From NCBI RefSeq assembly GCF_001194135.2, contig NC_068984.1:141460395-141524394 (forward strand): DNA of 64,000 nucleotides, in the 5' to 3' direction. Source of the stretch: Octopus bimaculoides. Lineage: Eukaryota. How positions within the stretch are numbered: position 1 is the stretch's first letter; the number at the start of each line of letters is the position of its first letter. Under the pieces are notes generated by a model. That model was not told the origin of the DNA, searched no databases, and was given only the letters and a program-made list of their open reading frames with translations. Positions 52,286 to 64,000 of the stretch are shown one piece after another. Made by a program: the position numbers and the translations under genes.

Positions 52286-53419
52286 TGCTTGCGAGTGTGT
52301 GTGTGTGTGTGTGTGTTTGCGTTCACTTATATAAAAGTCCCAGCATTCAAACACTGTTGTTGCTGTTGTTGGTGCTTTTCTGTCTTGTAATAAAACTTCT
52401 GGTTGCTTTGTGCCTTTGAAGCTGTGTGAACTAAGAGATCCCTAACTTAGAAAATAAGTAAGGGTTAACATTTGGAAGGGCATCCAGCTGTAAAACAAAT
52501 GGTTCAACATTTTCACCTTGGAGCATGCTATTTTGTGTAAGTTAGGCAATCTAACCAGCAAAGTTATGTACCTTGCCTAGGGACCCTAAATCTTCTGCTC
52601 TCAAATAGAGGTTCTCAACATGGACAGTACCACCCTCAAGGGAGTACTGGACTTGTTGAAGGGACATTCAGGCTCTAAGGGGCTGTGAGATGACAGCCAT
52701 ATGAGGGGGCCATATGGGTGACATTATAATGGGGCATGGTTTATGTTTACCTCCTCCCAAAGACAATAACAATCCTTCTGAGAGGCTTCAGCACAGTTTT
52801 CCTCTACTAAAAATGAACATTGGGAGTTAAATCTGTTATTAAGTGATACAGGTTTGGTTGTTTGACTCATTAGCCCTGATCATTGGAGACTTAATTGAGT
52901 TTGTTCTGTTACAAGTATTCAGTTATCTGGTGTCCTCTGTCTGCCTTTCGCAAGACACAGACTGTCCTGTTCTTCCCCTTCTCAGGACAGTGTTTCCCTC
53001 TTCCTCTCAGGACACAATGTCTCTTTCTTTCTCACAGCTCTTTCCAGTCTTCCCCATATTCTTCTTTCTTCCTCAGAGATGCAAGTCCACTTCCTCTCAA
53101 ATGTTTGGCTGATATTTCTAACAAGAACTTCCTGAAGACTTTTGTCTAAACAACATTCACAAACGTCCCTTTCCATTTCTGAACTTCAAATGGCAATGAA
53201 GAGGGGCAGAACTCTAGAATACATATTGAGCATTTCTGTTCTCTCCTACTTATTTGTGCTTTATATATCAAAGACATTAAATACACTTTTGTTCATATTA
53301 AACATGTTTATGTAAAGAGAGAGCTGAGGATTCTCTCCAGTTTCTACTCCAAGTTTCTTGTTTATTGTTCAGAGTAGCAACAAAGCCATGTCAAGGTTTC
53401 AAATAAACTGTACTACACA

Positions 53420-53458
<39 letters not shown>

Positions 53459-55964
53459 TACACAAAATTACTAAATTTAAACATTTGCTTTCTTTACGGG
53501 TGGCTCAGCTGGAGCATTTTAATAATTTGTTGCCAGATTTAATTTGATCTAGTTCTATAAATTTCATTTTTCTGTGATGCGTACAACTTTGTGTGTCTGT
53601 GAATGTGTGTGAGTGCACATGTTTGTGTGTGTGTGTGTGTGTGTACACTTTTCTGTTTTTCTGATAAATGTGCTTTAGTAATTTTTTACGTTATTTATTC
53701 CTTTCTCTTCATAAATGTCTGGAGATACGTATGTGTGTGTGCGTGTGTTTTGCAGGTAAGGCTGACTGGTTAACGAGTTTACTTTAGCAAATATGAGGTT
53801 TTCAGTTTTGAATCTCATGGTTTCGTATTTTGAGAAAGTATCTTCTATATCTTAGCTCCAGCTCAGCCCAAAGTTTGTGAATGAAATGGGATTGGGGGGG
53901 CAGGGGCGGATACTGTTCTGAATCTCTTCAACTGGGCTGTTCATGTTCTTTAGTGGCAAACTCAATCCATGTCACAGTCTAACTCTTCCACTACCACCTC
54001 GTGATCGGGTGTTCACTAGTGTGGCAGTAACCCCTCTGTTGTGGTTTCATAATGCCTTTCCCTCCACTGTCTTGGGGTTTCTACAAAAAAATCAGGGAGT
54101 CACTTAATAATCCCAATAATGGGAAACCCCAAGTTTGGAAAAATTGAATTTACTTTTTATTGAATGGTCCCTCTTTCATTGGCAAACCAACATTTGTGTG
54201 TGTGTCTAACACACACACAAACATAGAAACATTTTCTGCATTATAGAACCTCCTCCCTGGGTTACTAGAATACAGTACCAGTGAAATGCTGGGGTTGCCT
54301 AAAATCTTCTTGTTTTCCTGTTGTTTTCTGTAACACAGGGTATGCTCCCTGACCCCTTCTACACACATCAACTGGCATGTACCCACAAGGGAGGACCCAA
54401 CTGACAGTTTTACCCCTACACAAGTATATCACAATACAGTTTTCTGCTCTCTCTCAGTGTTAGGCAAGGGAGGAACCCACTTTATCATCCCTGTGATTAT
54501 TGCGATTTAACTCTGGGTCAGCCCCTACAAACAAAGGTTTTTTTAGTGATGACCATTCCAACTTTTGGTGCTGTCTGTCTAGGACTGCATTATCTCATGT
54601 ATTCTTCACGTTTTTAAGGCATTTAAGTGTGATTTGAGAGTGAGTTGGCTGCTATATCTGGCAGGCTGAGTAACTATGTAGAGGTTCCTTTGTTTATGTG
54701 TGTAGTTTTTGGCGTTGGATGGCAAGCAGGGTATTATTAGGGTATCATTGTGTCTAGTGCATAGTGACATTACATCATGGTATCGTAATAGCAGTAGAAG
54801 CGCATGGTTTAGTGGTAAGGGTGTCGGACTCATGGTTGTAAGATTGTGGTTTCACTTCCTGGACCAGATGATGTTATGTTCTTGACCAAAACACTTCATT
54901 TCATGTTCGCTCCACTCCACTCTGCTGGTAAGAAAGAGTAATCCTGCGACAGACTGGCATCCCATCTGGAAAGACATATATACATATATATCTGTATATA
55001 TATATACATATATGTATATATATATATATATATNNNNNNNNNNNNNNNNNNNNNNNNNNNNNNNNNNNNNNNNNNNNNNNNNNNNNNNNNNNNNNNNNNN
55101 NNNNNNNNNNNNNNNNNNNNNNNNNNNNNNNNNNNNNNNNNNNNNNNNNNNNNNNNNNNNNNNNNNNNNNNNNNNNNNNNNNNNNNNNNNNNNNNNNNNN
55201 NNNNNNNNNNNNNNNNNNNNNNNNNNNNNNNNNNNNNNNNNNNNNNNNNNNNNNNNNNNNNNNNNNNNNNNNNNNNNNNNNNNNNNNNNNNNNNNNNNNN
55301 NNNNNNNNNNNNNNNNNNNNNNNNNNNNNNNNNNNNNNNNNNNNNNNNNNNNNNNNNNNNNNNNNNNNNNNNNNNNNNNNNNNNNNNNNNNNNNNNNNNN
55401 NNNNNNNNNNNNNNNNNNNNNNNNNNNNNNNNNNNNNNNNNNNNNNNNNNNNNNNNNNNNNNNNNNNNNNNNNNNNNNNNNNNNNNNNNNNNNNNNNNNN
55501 NNNNNNNNNNNNNNNNNNNNNNNNNNNNNNNNNNNNNNNNNNNNNNNNNNNNNNNNNNNNNNNNNNNNNNNNNNNNNNNNNNNNNNNNNNNNNNNNNNNN
55601 NNNNNNNNNNNNNNNNNNNNNNNNNNNNNNNNNNNNNNNNNNNNNNNNNNNNNNNNNNNNNNNNNNNNNNNNNNNNNNNNNNNNNNNNNNNNNNNNNNNN
55701 NNNNNNNNNNNNNNNNNNNNNNNNNNNNNNNNNNNNNNNNNNNNNNNNNNNNNNNNNNNNNNNNNNNNNNNNNNNNNNNNNNNNNNNNNNNNNNNNNNNN
55801 NNNNNNNNNNNNNNNNNNNNNNNNNNNNNNNNNNNNNNNNNNNNNNNNNNNNNNNNNNNNNNNNNNNNNNNNNNNNNNNNNNNNNNNNNNNNNNNNNNNN
55901 NNNNNNNNNNGGCATTGGGTGGGGGTGGGGGACAAAAGGCATTTGATTACGACTAGCTATATGT

Positions 55965-56350
55965 GCAGGAGTGGCTGTGTGGTAAGTAGCTTGCTTACCA
56001 ACCACATGGTTCCGGGTTCAGTCCCACTACGTAACACCTTGGGCAAGTGCCTTCTACTATAACCTCGGGCCGATCAAAGCCTTGTGAATGGATTTGGTAG
56101 ATGGAAACTGAAAGAAGCCCGTCGTATATATGTATATATAAGTTTGTGTGTCTGTGTTTGTCCCCCCAACATCACTTGACAACCAATGCTGATATATTTA
56201 CATCCCCATGACTTAGCGGTTCGGCAAAAGAGACCGATTGAATAAGTACTAGGCTTACAAAGAAAAGTCCTGGGATCAATTTGCTCAACTAAAGGCGGTG
56301 CTCCAGCATGGCTGCAGTCAAATGACTGAAACAAGTAAAAGAGTAAAAGA
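55965..56350 (+). mobile_element. tRNA-derived SINE with CORE-like domain (caccttgggcaagt); related pieces near 40090-40230 (-), 50360-50462 (-), 59560-59720 (+), 29490-29550
   Basis: Head gtggctgtgtggtaagtagcttgc...gggttcagtccc, core ccttgggcaagt, tail actgaaacaagtaaaagagta. Confidence 0.75.
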
Positions 56351-56399
56351 GCCCGGTGCCAAGTGGCCCCTACTGCGCCATTACCTCCAGTCGTAGTAG

Positions 56400-58900
56400 C
56401 AATAATGATGATGAGGAAAGCAGTTGCAAGGGTTGACTGGTTCTGCAAATGTAGAAAGAGACTGGAAATGAAAAGGAGACAGAAATAAGAGAAGCCAGAA
56501 GTCTCGTTTGAATGGAGGTCGGGTAAGTTGGTGTAGGGGCAATGGGGCATAGCAACCAAGATGTGAACGGTTTATATTGGGGGATAGTAAGGTTTGTTGT
56601 ATGCCAAGTTGGTGACTTAACTGGAAACAAACTTGTAATGAACCTTCATCACTTGCATCATGTGACTAACACAGGACAATGGAGATTAGATTACTTGTTG
56701 AAGGCAAGCTGAGGTTTCATCTCTATTTTGTTGTATTTAGGATGAAAGACGTAGGTGACGGTCGGTAGATGTGCTAATAGAAATAAAGTCCTGGTGCATG
56801 AGGGTCATAGCTGTTTTAGTGCTGGGGGTGGAGGGATAATTCTGGAAGTTCATAAATTACTCTGGTTGGGGATAGGTTTGGGATTCCTTTCTAAATGACA
56901 GGAAAAGCACAAAAGCATCTTCTTCCCAGTTGAACTACCAAATGGCCGCTTGCCCTGTTGTTTGTTGCATGAACATCCAGTTTCACATGTGGCAGTAGTA
57001 TGAGGATGTCCCTACTCCTGGTGGATGATGCATTTGCACCACTGGAGCAACAAACCCTCCAAGCCATGGGTCTGTTTGGGTTGTTGTTGTTGGTGAGGGT
57101 TTTACGTGGTCAGAGTGCAAATCCTACATCAACATTTTTTAGTCATCTTTTACAACATAACAGAAACATTTTGTGGTGTTACTGTCCACTTAAAGGCTTG
57201 AAGATCAATTTTGCTGTAAGCCACACCATCAATAACAACTGTAGCAGTAGAAATGCCCCCCTCCCCTCTTCCTCCCCCACTAATCTCAAAGCAACAGCAG
57301 AACTCAAGACTACACCTGAAAACAATAAATAACAAAAAAAAAAGTGAGTATTTATTCCAGCATCCTTGATAGAAGTCCTCACTCTGCAAGCTGTGACTTG
57401 ATCTTGTACTTCTCCGATAGTGAAATCTTGTCATCACATGAGGTTATTCTTGGAGTAAAGAGAAGAGAGAAGCAAAAAAGAGGCTGAGAGTTTGAAGATT
57501 TGGCAGAACAGCCGAGTACCAGTTAGCTATTTACATAACCAGACCACTCCTAACATTTAAACCTGCAGCACCAACAACAGGTAAACATATAAATACTACA
57601 ACAGCCACTTCAGCAACAACATCAAGGGAAATAACAAAAGCAACAACACACAAGAAACATCATTTTTATTGTTGTAAATATAAAAATAACAGTGAACTTG
57701 ATGTAATTGGACAAAACGAAATGTTAAGGGAATGCTCAGAGGAAGTCTCGTTAATAAAACACCTCCAACTGATCGTCTGCTGTTGATTACGATTTTTATG
57801 TGATTTGGGAATTTTTGAAAAGTTGACTAAAACCTTCTGGAAGGGCTTTTGAAGCCCCCCACTCCGACACTCCGAGAAACTCAGATTAGTGTCCTCTGTG
57901 TCTAAGGTAAGTGGTCTCTCTAATTCCTTTCTTTCAACCAACATGGCCATATTCAGAGTGCATTGTATAATTGAAGAATGGCCTGGCATTGGTTTGGAAG
58001 CAGGGTAACCATTCTCAGCTTATTAAATATAAACCTGGTCACTATCAGTGAAACCAGGATGTTCAGGATGCATACGCTTATCAACTTTTGGTGATTCTGA
58101 GATGTCCACATCTTTTTGTTACTGAATTTGAGCAGCAAGCTGGCCATATTGTTTGAGAAAGGTTTGGAGCTCAAATTAAGTGGACCTTGTTTGGCTCAGA
58201 TGGTAAGTCAGTGATGCTAAGCATAAACAAGGGAGAAGGGAATGCCTTCAAACTAGGGGCACTTATGCCAGATATCTTAAGGTGTGTTGAAAATCATCAT
58301 TAGGAACATTGTAGCTTTTAGTGGGAGAATGTAATGGCATTTCAGACACACGTTGGGATTTTGTAAAGTTGTCCAATAGAAAAGGTGGGCATAAAAACCT
58401 TGCAGACATGCTCAGAGAGTTCCAGTTATCTGGATTTCTTGATGGCAACACTATGAAGATGCACCAACTCCTCCATCTGGTCATGCAGGGGTCGAGGAGA
58501 CTCATGTTATCGCATTTAGTTAAGTGAGCAGAGATGATATAGGGTTCCCAGTTTCATGAATTTTGGATCTACACAGTCATCCAAAAGTAGACTATCCTTT
58601 GAAGTGGAATGTGTAGTGCTGGCATGCAAAGACCACGAGGAAAGGATTAGTTAAGTAGCAGTTCATGAACGTTTGTCATAAAGTGGTGGTGGATCGGACT
58701 GGGGGTAGCGGTCAAAAGATCCACTTGTTATGTATTGGAGTAATAGAATTGATTGCCCAGAAGTGAGAAAATTTTTTTTTAAAAAGACTGGTGATGAGAA
58801 GCAGTTGTAGAGACATTAACAACAGCAGCTGGGTTGAGAGGATAGCTTAGAGCAAAAGCAAATGGGATCACCTCAAGGGTCTTATCTTCCAACTTAGGGC
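56400..58900 (-). mobile_element. Heavily decayed retroelement, possibly Penelope-like (RT plus GIY-YIG)
   Basis: Repeat-poor, GC-richer block with many stops. Minus-strand fragments such as LLCCKR*LKNVDVGFAL and STSNLISIVLC* only loosely resemble PLE linker and endonuclease motifs from memory. Confidence 0.3.
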
Positions 58901-59338
58901 TGGCTAGGGGTTTCAGACACTTCTTCTATCTTCCATCTTGTGGCAGTGGGGAAGAAATAGTGAGCAAAAAAAAAAAAAAATGAGTGGGCTGGGTTTCAGT
59001 CTAGAAACTAGCATGCTACTTGAAATCTGCTGCAGAAGAGCACCCATTCATCCACAGAGCCTTGATATTTGGTGGAAACTACACCAGAAATTCATCAGCA
59101 GTTAAAGATGAGCTACTCAGAAAATTTTGGAGATTTTGAGGTTTGGTCAAAGATGCTAAAAGACAGACATGCAGAGAACCTAGTTGGTGTGAAAGGTAGT
59201 CAGAGTTTAAGAATGTCCTGATAGGTAGAAGCTTCTCTTCTCTGAAGAAGTGGTGGTTTTGTGTGTTAAATCTTTTATTTATGATATTATTTTATGTTTT
59301 TATTGGGTTAGGGTTTGGCCTTGTCCACTGTCTTATCC

Positions 59339-59472
59339 TAGTGGTTCTCAACCAGGGACCATGTAATATTTTGTTAGTAAAATTTTTTCTTATACATGGC
59401 GAATGGCTATGAAGGTCCAGGAAATGAAAGTCCCAAAGGGGTCCATACGCAACAAATAGTTGAGAACCACTG
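59339..59472. mobile_element. hAT-like MITE (134 bp)
   Basis: 14-bp TIRs tagtggttctcaac / gttgagaaccactg. TSD not clearly preserved. Confidence 0.7.
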
Positions 59473-60650
59473 GTCTATTATATGGATGTACCTCCCTACA
59501 TGTTTTGTGATCCCTTTTTGGAGGACGTTTTGTATTGTATGTTTTGGGGTCTTGTGGTTTGTGCAAGCACAGTTATTTGGTTAAGAAGCTTGCCTCTCAA
59601 CCAAATGGTCTCAGGTTCAGTTCCACTGTGCGGTATCTTGGGTCTGTTTCTTGTATTAAAGCCTCTGGTGGACCAAAGTTTTGTGAATGAATTTAGTAGG
59701 TGGAAACTGAAAGAAGCCCATTGTGTGTGTGTGTGTATGTATGTATGTATTATATACGTATATTGCATGGTGATTGTAGTCACAAAAGCTGTGTCATATG
59801 TTTGCAGTCTTCAATGGAAAGATGTTTGGGCTGAGGGAGAGAAAATGTTCCCTTGCTTGGAAACTGCAGAGGGTTGGCAGCAGGTAGAGCATCCAACTTG
59901 TAAAAAAAAAATCTCCTTCAGCAAATTTCATCTGAAATATTCCAGCATGGAAAAATGTATGTCACGACAACAATAGCAATAATGAAGCTGGCTGCATAAA
60001 TATATTTGAATCACAAACTAAATAGTTATTTTTATTTAGTTTTGACCCCTCTATGTTGTGAATTATTGCTTAACCCCAGGTCAGCGCTGAATCAACAGAT
60101 TTATGGACAAAAGTGTTCCAGGGTCAACCATTCTGTTTTATGTTGTTTTTGTTTCATACTTCTTGTATCCAATGTACTTTTCTGTGTAATTTTAGGCCCC
60201 TTTCTTTTTTCTTGTTTTTCTTTAAGACTCCCTCACTTAAGCTGTTGGTTAGTAGTCCCAGAGGTGCCATCATGCGTAGAGCTCACCAGGTCCACCAGTG
60301 CCCCCTTACTCCTACCCCACCCATTGCTGGCTGTCCCATGCTGTCTGAACGATCCCCTTTACTCTTTTACTGGTTTCAGTCATTTGGCTGTGGCCATGCT
60401 GGGGCACCACCTTTCCTGCATGTTCCTCACATTCAGATTTCATTTGTTTTCCTGTTAGCTCTCATATATCTGTCACAGACACATATTTTCTCTGCATTTA
60501 AGCAAAGATGCATGCGTCATTTTTCTTTGATTTAAAAAAAAAAAGAAATAATAACAACAATAATTAGTAAAGAATAAAAAGTTTTGAATGGTACAACAAT
60601 GCACTATAATACAAAAAATGGACTATATACCTGTTGTAATTTAGTTATCA

Positions 60651-61031
60651 GTGGAGGCGCAATGGCCCTGTGGTTAGGGCAGCGGACTCACGGTCATAGG
60701 ATCGCGGTTTCGATTCTCAGACTGGGCGTTGTGAGTGTTTATTGAGCGAAAACACCTAAAAGCTCCACGAGGCTCTGCCAGGGGTTGGTGGCGAACCCTG
60801 CTGTACTCTTCCACCACAACTTTCTCTCACTCTTACTTCCTGTTTCTGTTGTGCCTGTAATTCAAAGGGCCAGCCTTGTCACACTGTGTCACGCTGAATC
60901 TCCTCCTGAAACTACGTTAAGGGTACACGTGTCTGTGGAGTGCTCAGCCACTTGCACGTTAATTTCACGAGCAGGCTGTTCCGTTGATCGGATCAACTGG
61001 AACCCTCGACGTTGTAAGCGACAGAGTGCCA
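60651..61031 (+). mobile_element. Full-length-looking tRNA-derived SINE ending about 390 bp upstream of last exon B
   Basis: Head ggaggcgcaatggccctgtggttagggcagcggactc...gcggtttcgattctc, CpG-rich body. Confidence 0.75.
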
Positions 61032-61419
61032 TCATCAATTTAGTTATCCATAGTCCGATGATATTTCGGAATACAATTCCTTCTTCAGATATTCTTAGAT
61101 GGAGTTGCTGCTATAATCTGTTTCCCAACGGCTTTTCTTTATTCGGAAGCGTCTCAGTAGTGGCCTCACGAAGCTCCTTCCAGAATTCCTCATGAGAAGT
61201 GCGTGAGGTTGGCTATGTTTCAATCTTGTGTGCGTTGGTACATCTGTAGCGCTGCTTCTAAGTTATGTATTATACGTGCAGCTTCTCTTTTTTTTTTTTT
61301 TTTTTTGGCACCTCTGGGGACCACTAACCAATAATTAGGTTGTGTTTTTTTTTGGAAATATTGCTGTTCTGTTTTCTTAATAGCTCTAACCATATTCTCG
61401 TTTTTCTCTCTTTTTGCAG

Positions 61420-61533
61420 GGGCGTATGTGTTCGGCCCATGACATCTTGGAGGAAAAAGGACTTGCCAAAGTCGCTCTGACCGTCTCATCTTTGGTAGCG
61501 TCCACCGGCAGTACAAAGCAGGCTGTAGTATGA
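61420..61533 (+). CDS. LRCH: Alternative last exon B, soluble C-terminus: GRMCSAHDILEEKGLAKVALTVSSLVASTGSTKQAVV*
   Basis: ctaac branch point, long pyrimidine tract, ttgcag acceptor, phase 0. ILEEKGL.KV..T matches the soluble LRCH C-terminus (recall). Confidence 0.88.
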   Translation, partial: GRMCSAHDILEEKGLAKVALTVSSLVASTGSTKQAVV

Positions 61534-61773
61534 CAAGTTGACCAGTTGTTAGGAGAAATTTTCTCTTTCTTACTTATTATGCTACTGTTATTTACGGCCT
61601 CCGAAAATATGGGCTTACCTGTTTACCCCGACTGGCATTAGTGGTCACCACCATATATACATATATGTATGTTACATATATAGCTACATTATAGGTAATA
61701 TATATGTACTTGTATATATTATGTAATATATATGAACATATATATATATATATATGTATATATACTTTATATA

Positions 61774-61806
<33 letters not shown>

Positions 61807-64000
61807 ACATACACACGTGTGTGTATACATGCATACAAGCATACACATATTCTCTACAAGTGACACGTTGCACCCTCCCATTATGGTCCCTCTACCTATT
61901 CTATGAAGGTAAGGGATGCTTGCCCCTGATTCTCATGAATCTAACCCCTGTCCCTCATCTAACAGGAAGTCTCATTTGTGTTGCCTTTTATAACAATAGG
62001 ACTCCTCTCTCTCTCTCTCTCTTTCTCTATTCACCTGTTTGTCCGTAACACACGTCAGTTGTGGTGGTCATGGTGGATACTCGATGCCACCCACCATCCA
62101 AATTGTCACCCATCAGTTTTATATATTTTTCATTATTTTAATTTTTTTTTTTTTACATTTCATTTATTTTATTTTATTTCATTTTTATTTCTATTTTTAA
62201 AAGAATTTTTGTTTTAATTTAAATATTTCTATCAAATCGATAGAAAGCCACATTATATTATAATTATTATTATTATTATTATTATTGTCAGTTGATCAGT
62301 CTGTAAACAATCCTTAATAGAGTTAAACTGCTTTTTGTGCCAAACACACAGAGACTGTAGATCAGTTTGTATTCGACATTCTTCTGTTCCTACTGCTGAT
62401 TATTATTATTATTATTATTATTATTGAGGTGGCAAGCTGACAGAATCGTTAGCATGCCGTGCGATATGCTTAGCGGCATTTCGTCTGCCACTACATTCTG
62501 GGTTCAAATTCCTTTCATCAAATTGCTTTACCTTTCATCATTTTGGGGGTTGATAAATTAAGTACCAGTTGCGTACTGGAGTCGATGCAGCCGACTACCC
62601 CTCTCTCCCAAATATCTGGCCTTGTGCCTTTAGTAGAAAAGATTATTATTATTATTATTCTGGGATGGTGGAATGGTTAAAAATGCGTAGTATGTCGGAT
62701 AAAAACGTGTTGCAGTATTTCGTGACATTTCTTTACATTCTGAGTTCAAATCCAAACTGGGTTGGTTGAGGTTTCTTTTCGTTGTTCTGGGGTCAGTAGA
62801 ATGAGCAGGAGTGATCCTACAGTAGAGATAAGTTGCCTTGGACAACTGGTATGGTGGTGGAGTGGAAGAATTTCGCTGTATTTAGGTTGTAACTCTTTTT
62901 GTTCCGAGTTCAAACGTTGCAGAAATCAACATCATTGCCTTTCACCAACAACGATATAAAGGATCAATCAGGTGCTGAGGGTGATGTATTGATTAACCTC
63001 CACCCCCACCCACCACCCACCAAATTTCAAGATGTGCCTATATTAGAAAGAATTAACAAAAGGTGATGGACACAGAGAATCAGTGGAGCATCAGATAAAA
63101 TGCCATGTGGTTTTCCATCATGTTCTGTGTTCAAATCCTGCTGTAGTCAACTTTACCATTCATCTCTTTGAGGGTCAGTAAAATAAAGTCCTAGTGAAGT
63201 ATAGGGGTCAGTGCTAGTGACAGTACCCCTCCCCTCTAAAACGGCTGCTCTTGTACCAAAAATTAAGAATTATTAACAATTAGGAATTACTACTAGGAAA
63301 AAAATATTTAATTAAGGGCCTTTTAATTATGACATTTACTTTTACATTTGTTTTTTTTTTTATTTGTTTGTTTTGTTCCCTTTGAGTTTTTCTTTCTTTT
63401 TTCTGTTCTTTCTTTTTTCTGTTTTTCTTTTTTATTTTGTTTTGTTCTTCTCATCATGGCGCTACCATTATCATGATTTTCTTTGTCAGCTAGAAAACAA
63501 ACAAACAACAAAAGTAACCCATCAGAACTACAGGACTGATGTTGTTGTACTTCTTGTTAATGTTTTCTAGTTCCATATCATTATGGAAATAGAGAGAAAG
63601 AAAGAAAGAAAGAAATAAGGAAAGAAAAGAAAAAAAAGTAAACACTGAACCACTTAGTGGATTGAAACCTCGATGCTGAGATTTAGTTATTGTCAGCATT
63701 AGAGATGAAACCTTTGTGTGTTTAAGTTATTCTTCTATCAACTGGGAACAAAAATAAGGATAAAAGAAAAGAAAAAAAAGGAAACGGTAAATGTCAAAGA
63801 AAAAAGAAAAAGAAGAAAGCTGCTGAAAGCAAGAATTTTGGTGATCTTCTTTGATAATTGATATTTTGAGGAGATCAATACTGAATATGTGATCTGTATT
63901 TGGATATATATATAGGTAAAGAGAGAAACATGTGTTTTGTGCAGATGGGATGAAATCCTTGATGTGGGAAATGAAAGGTGTCTCCTGTCAAAAACATGTC

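Noticed and set aside
59045-59100. Minus-strand CTGATGA followed by a hairpin
   Set aside because: No GAAA box after the stem, so not a hammerhead.

Overview
AT-rich, microsatellite-dense animal genomic DNA with about 9 scaffold gaps. The repeat families look like those of an octopod cephalopod (inference from recall, not a database match). The window holds the 3' half of one plus-strand gene, an LRCH-family protein (leucine-rich repeat and calponin-homology domain). I traced a phase-consistent exon chain: 3546-3716, 6182-6488, 10981-11094/11109, 14535-14604, 17841-18002, 27339-27460, 29023-29160, 29792-29869. It ends in two alternative last exons: 42967-43146 (transmembrane tail) and 61420-61533 (soluble tail). 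There are three candidate microexons (9, 18 and 12 nt). The introns are filled with tRNA-derived SINEs, MITEs, an RTE LINE fragment and decayed retroelements. The most unusual signals are: (i) a tRNA-headed SINE-like family carrying a minimal Penelope-type hammerhead ribozyme, repeatedly inserted as inverted pairs; (ii) a separate, core-perfect hammerhead with a long stem II at 28374-28487 (minus strand); (iii) several long fold-back structures that could be ADAR substrates. Most ORFs in the supplied track are microsatellite or N-gap artefacts. All alignments were done by eye.
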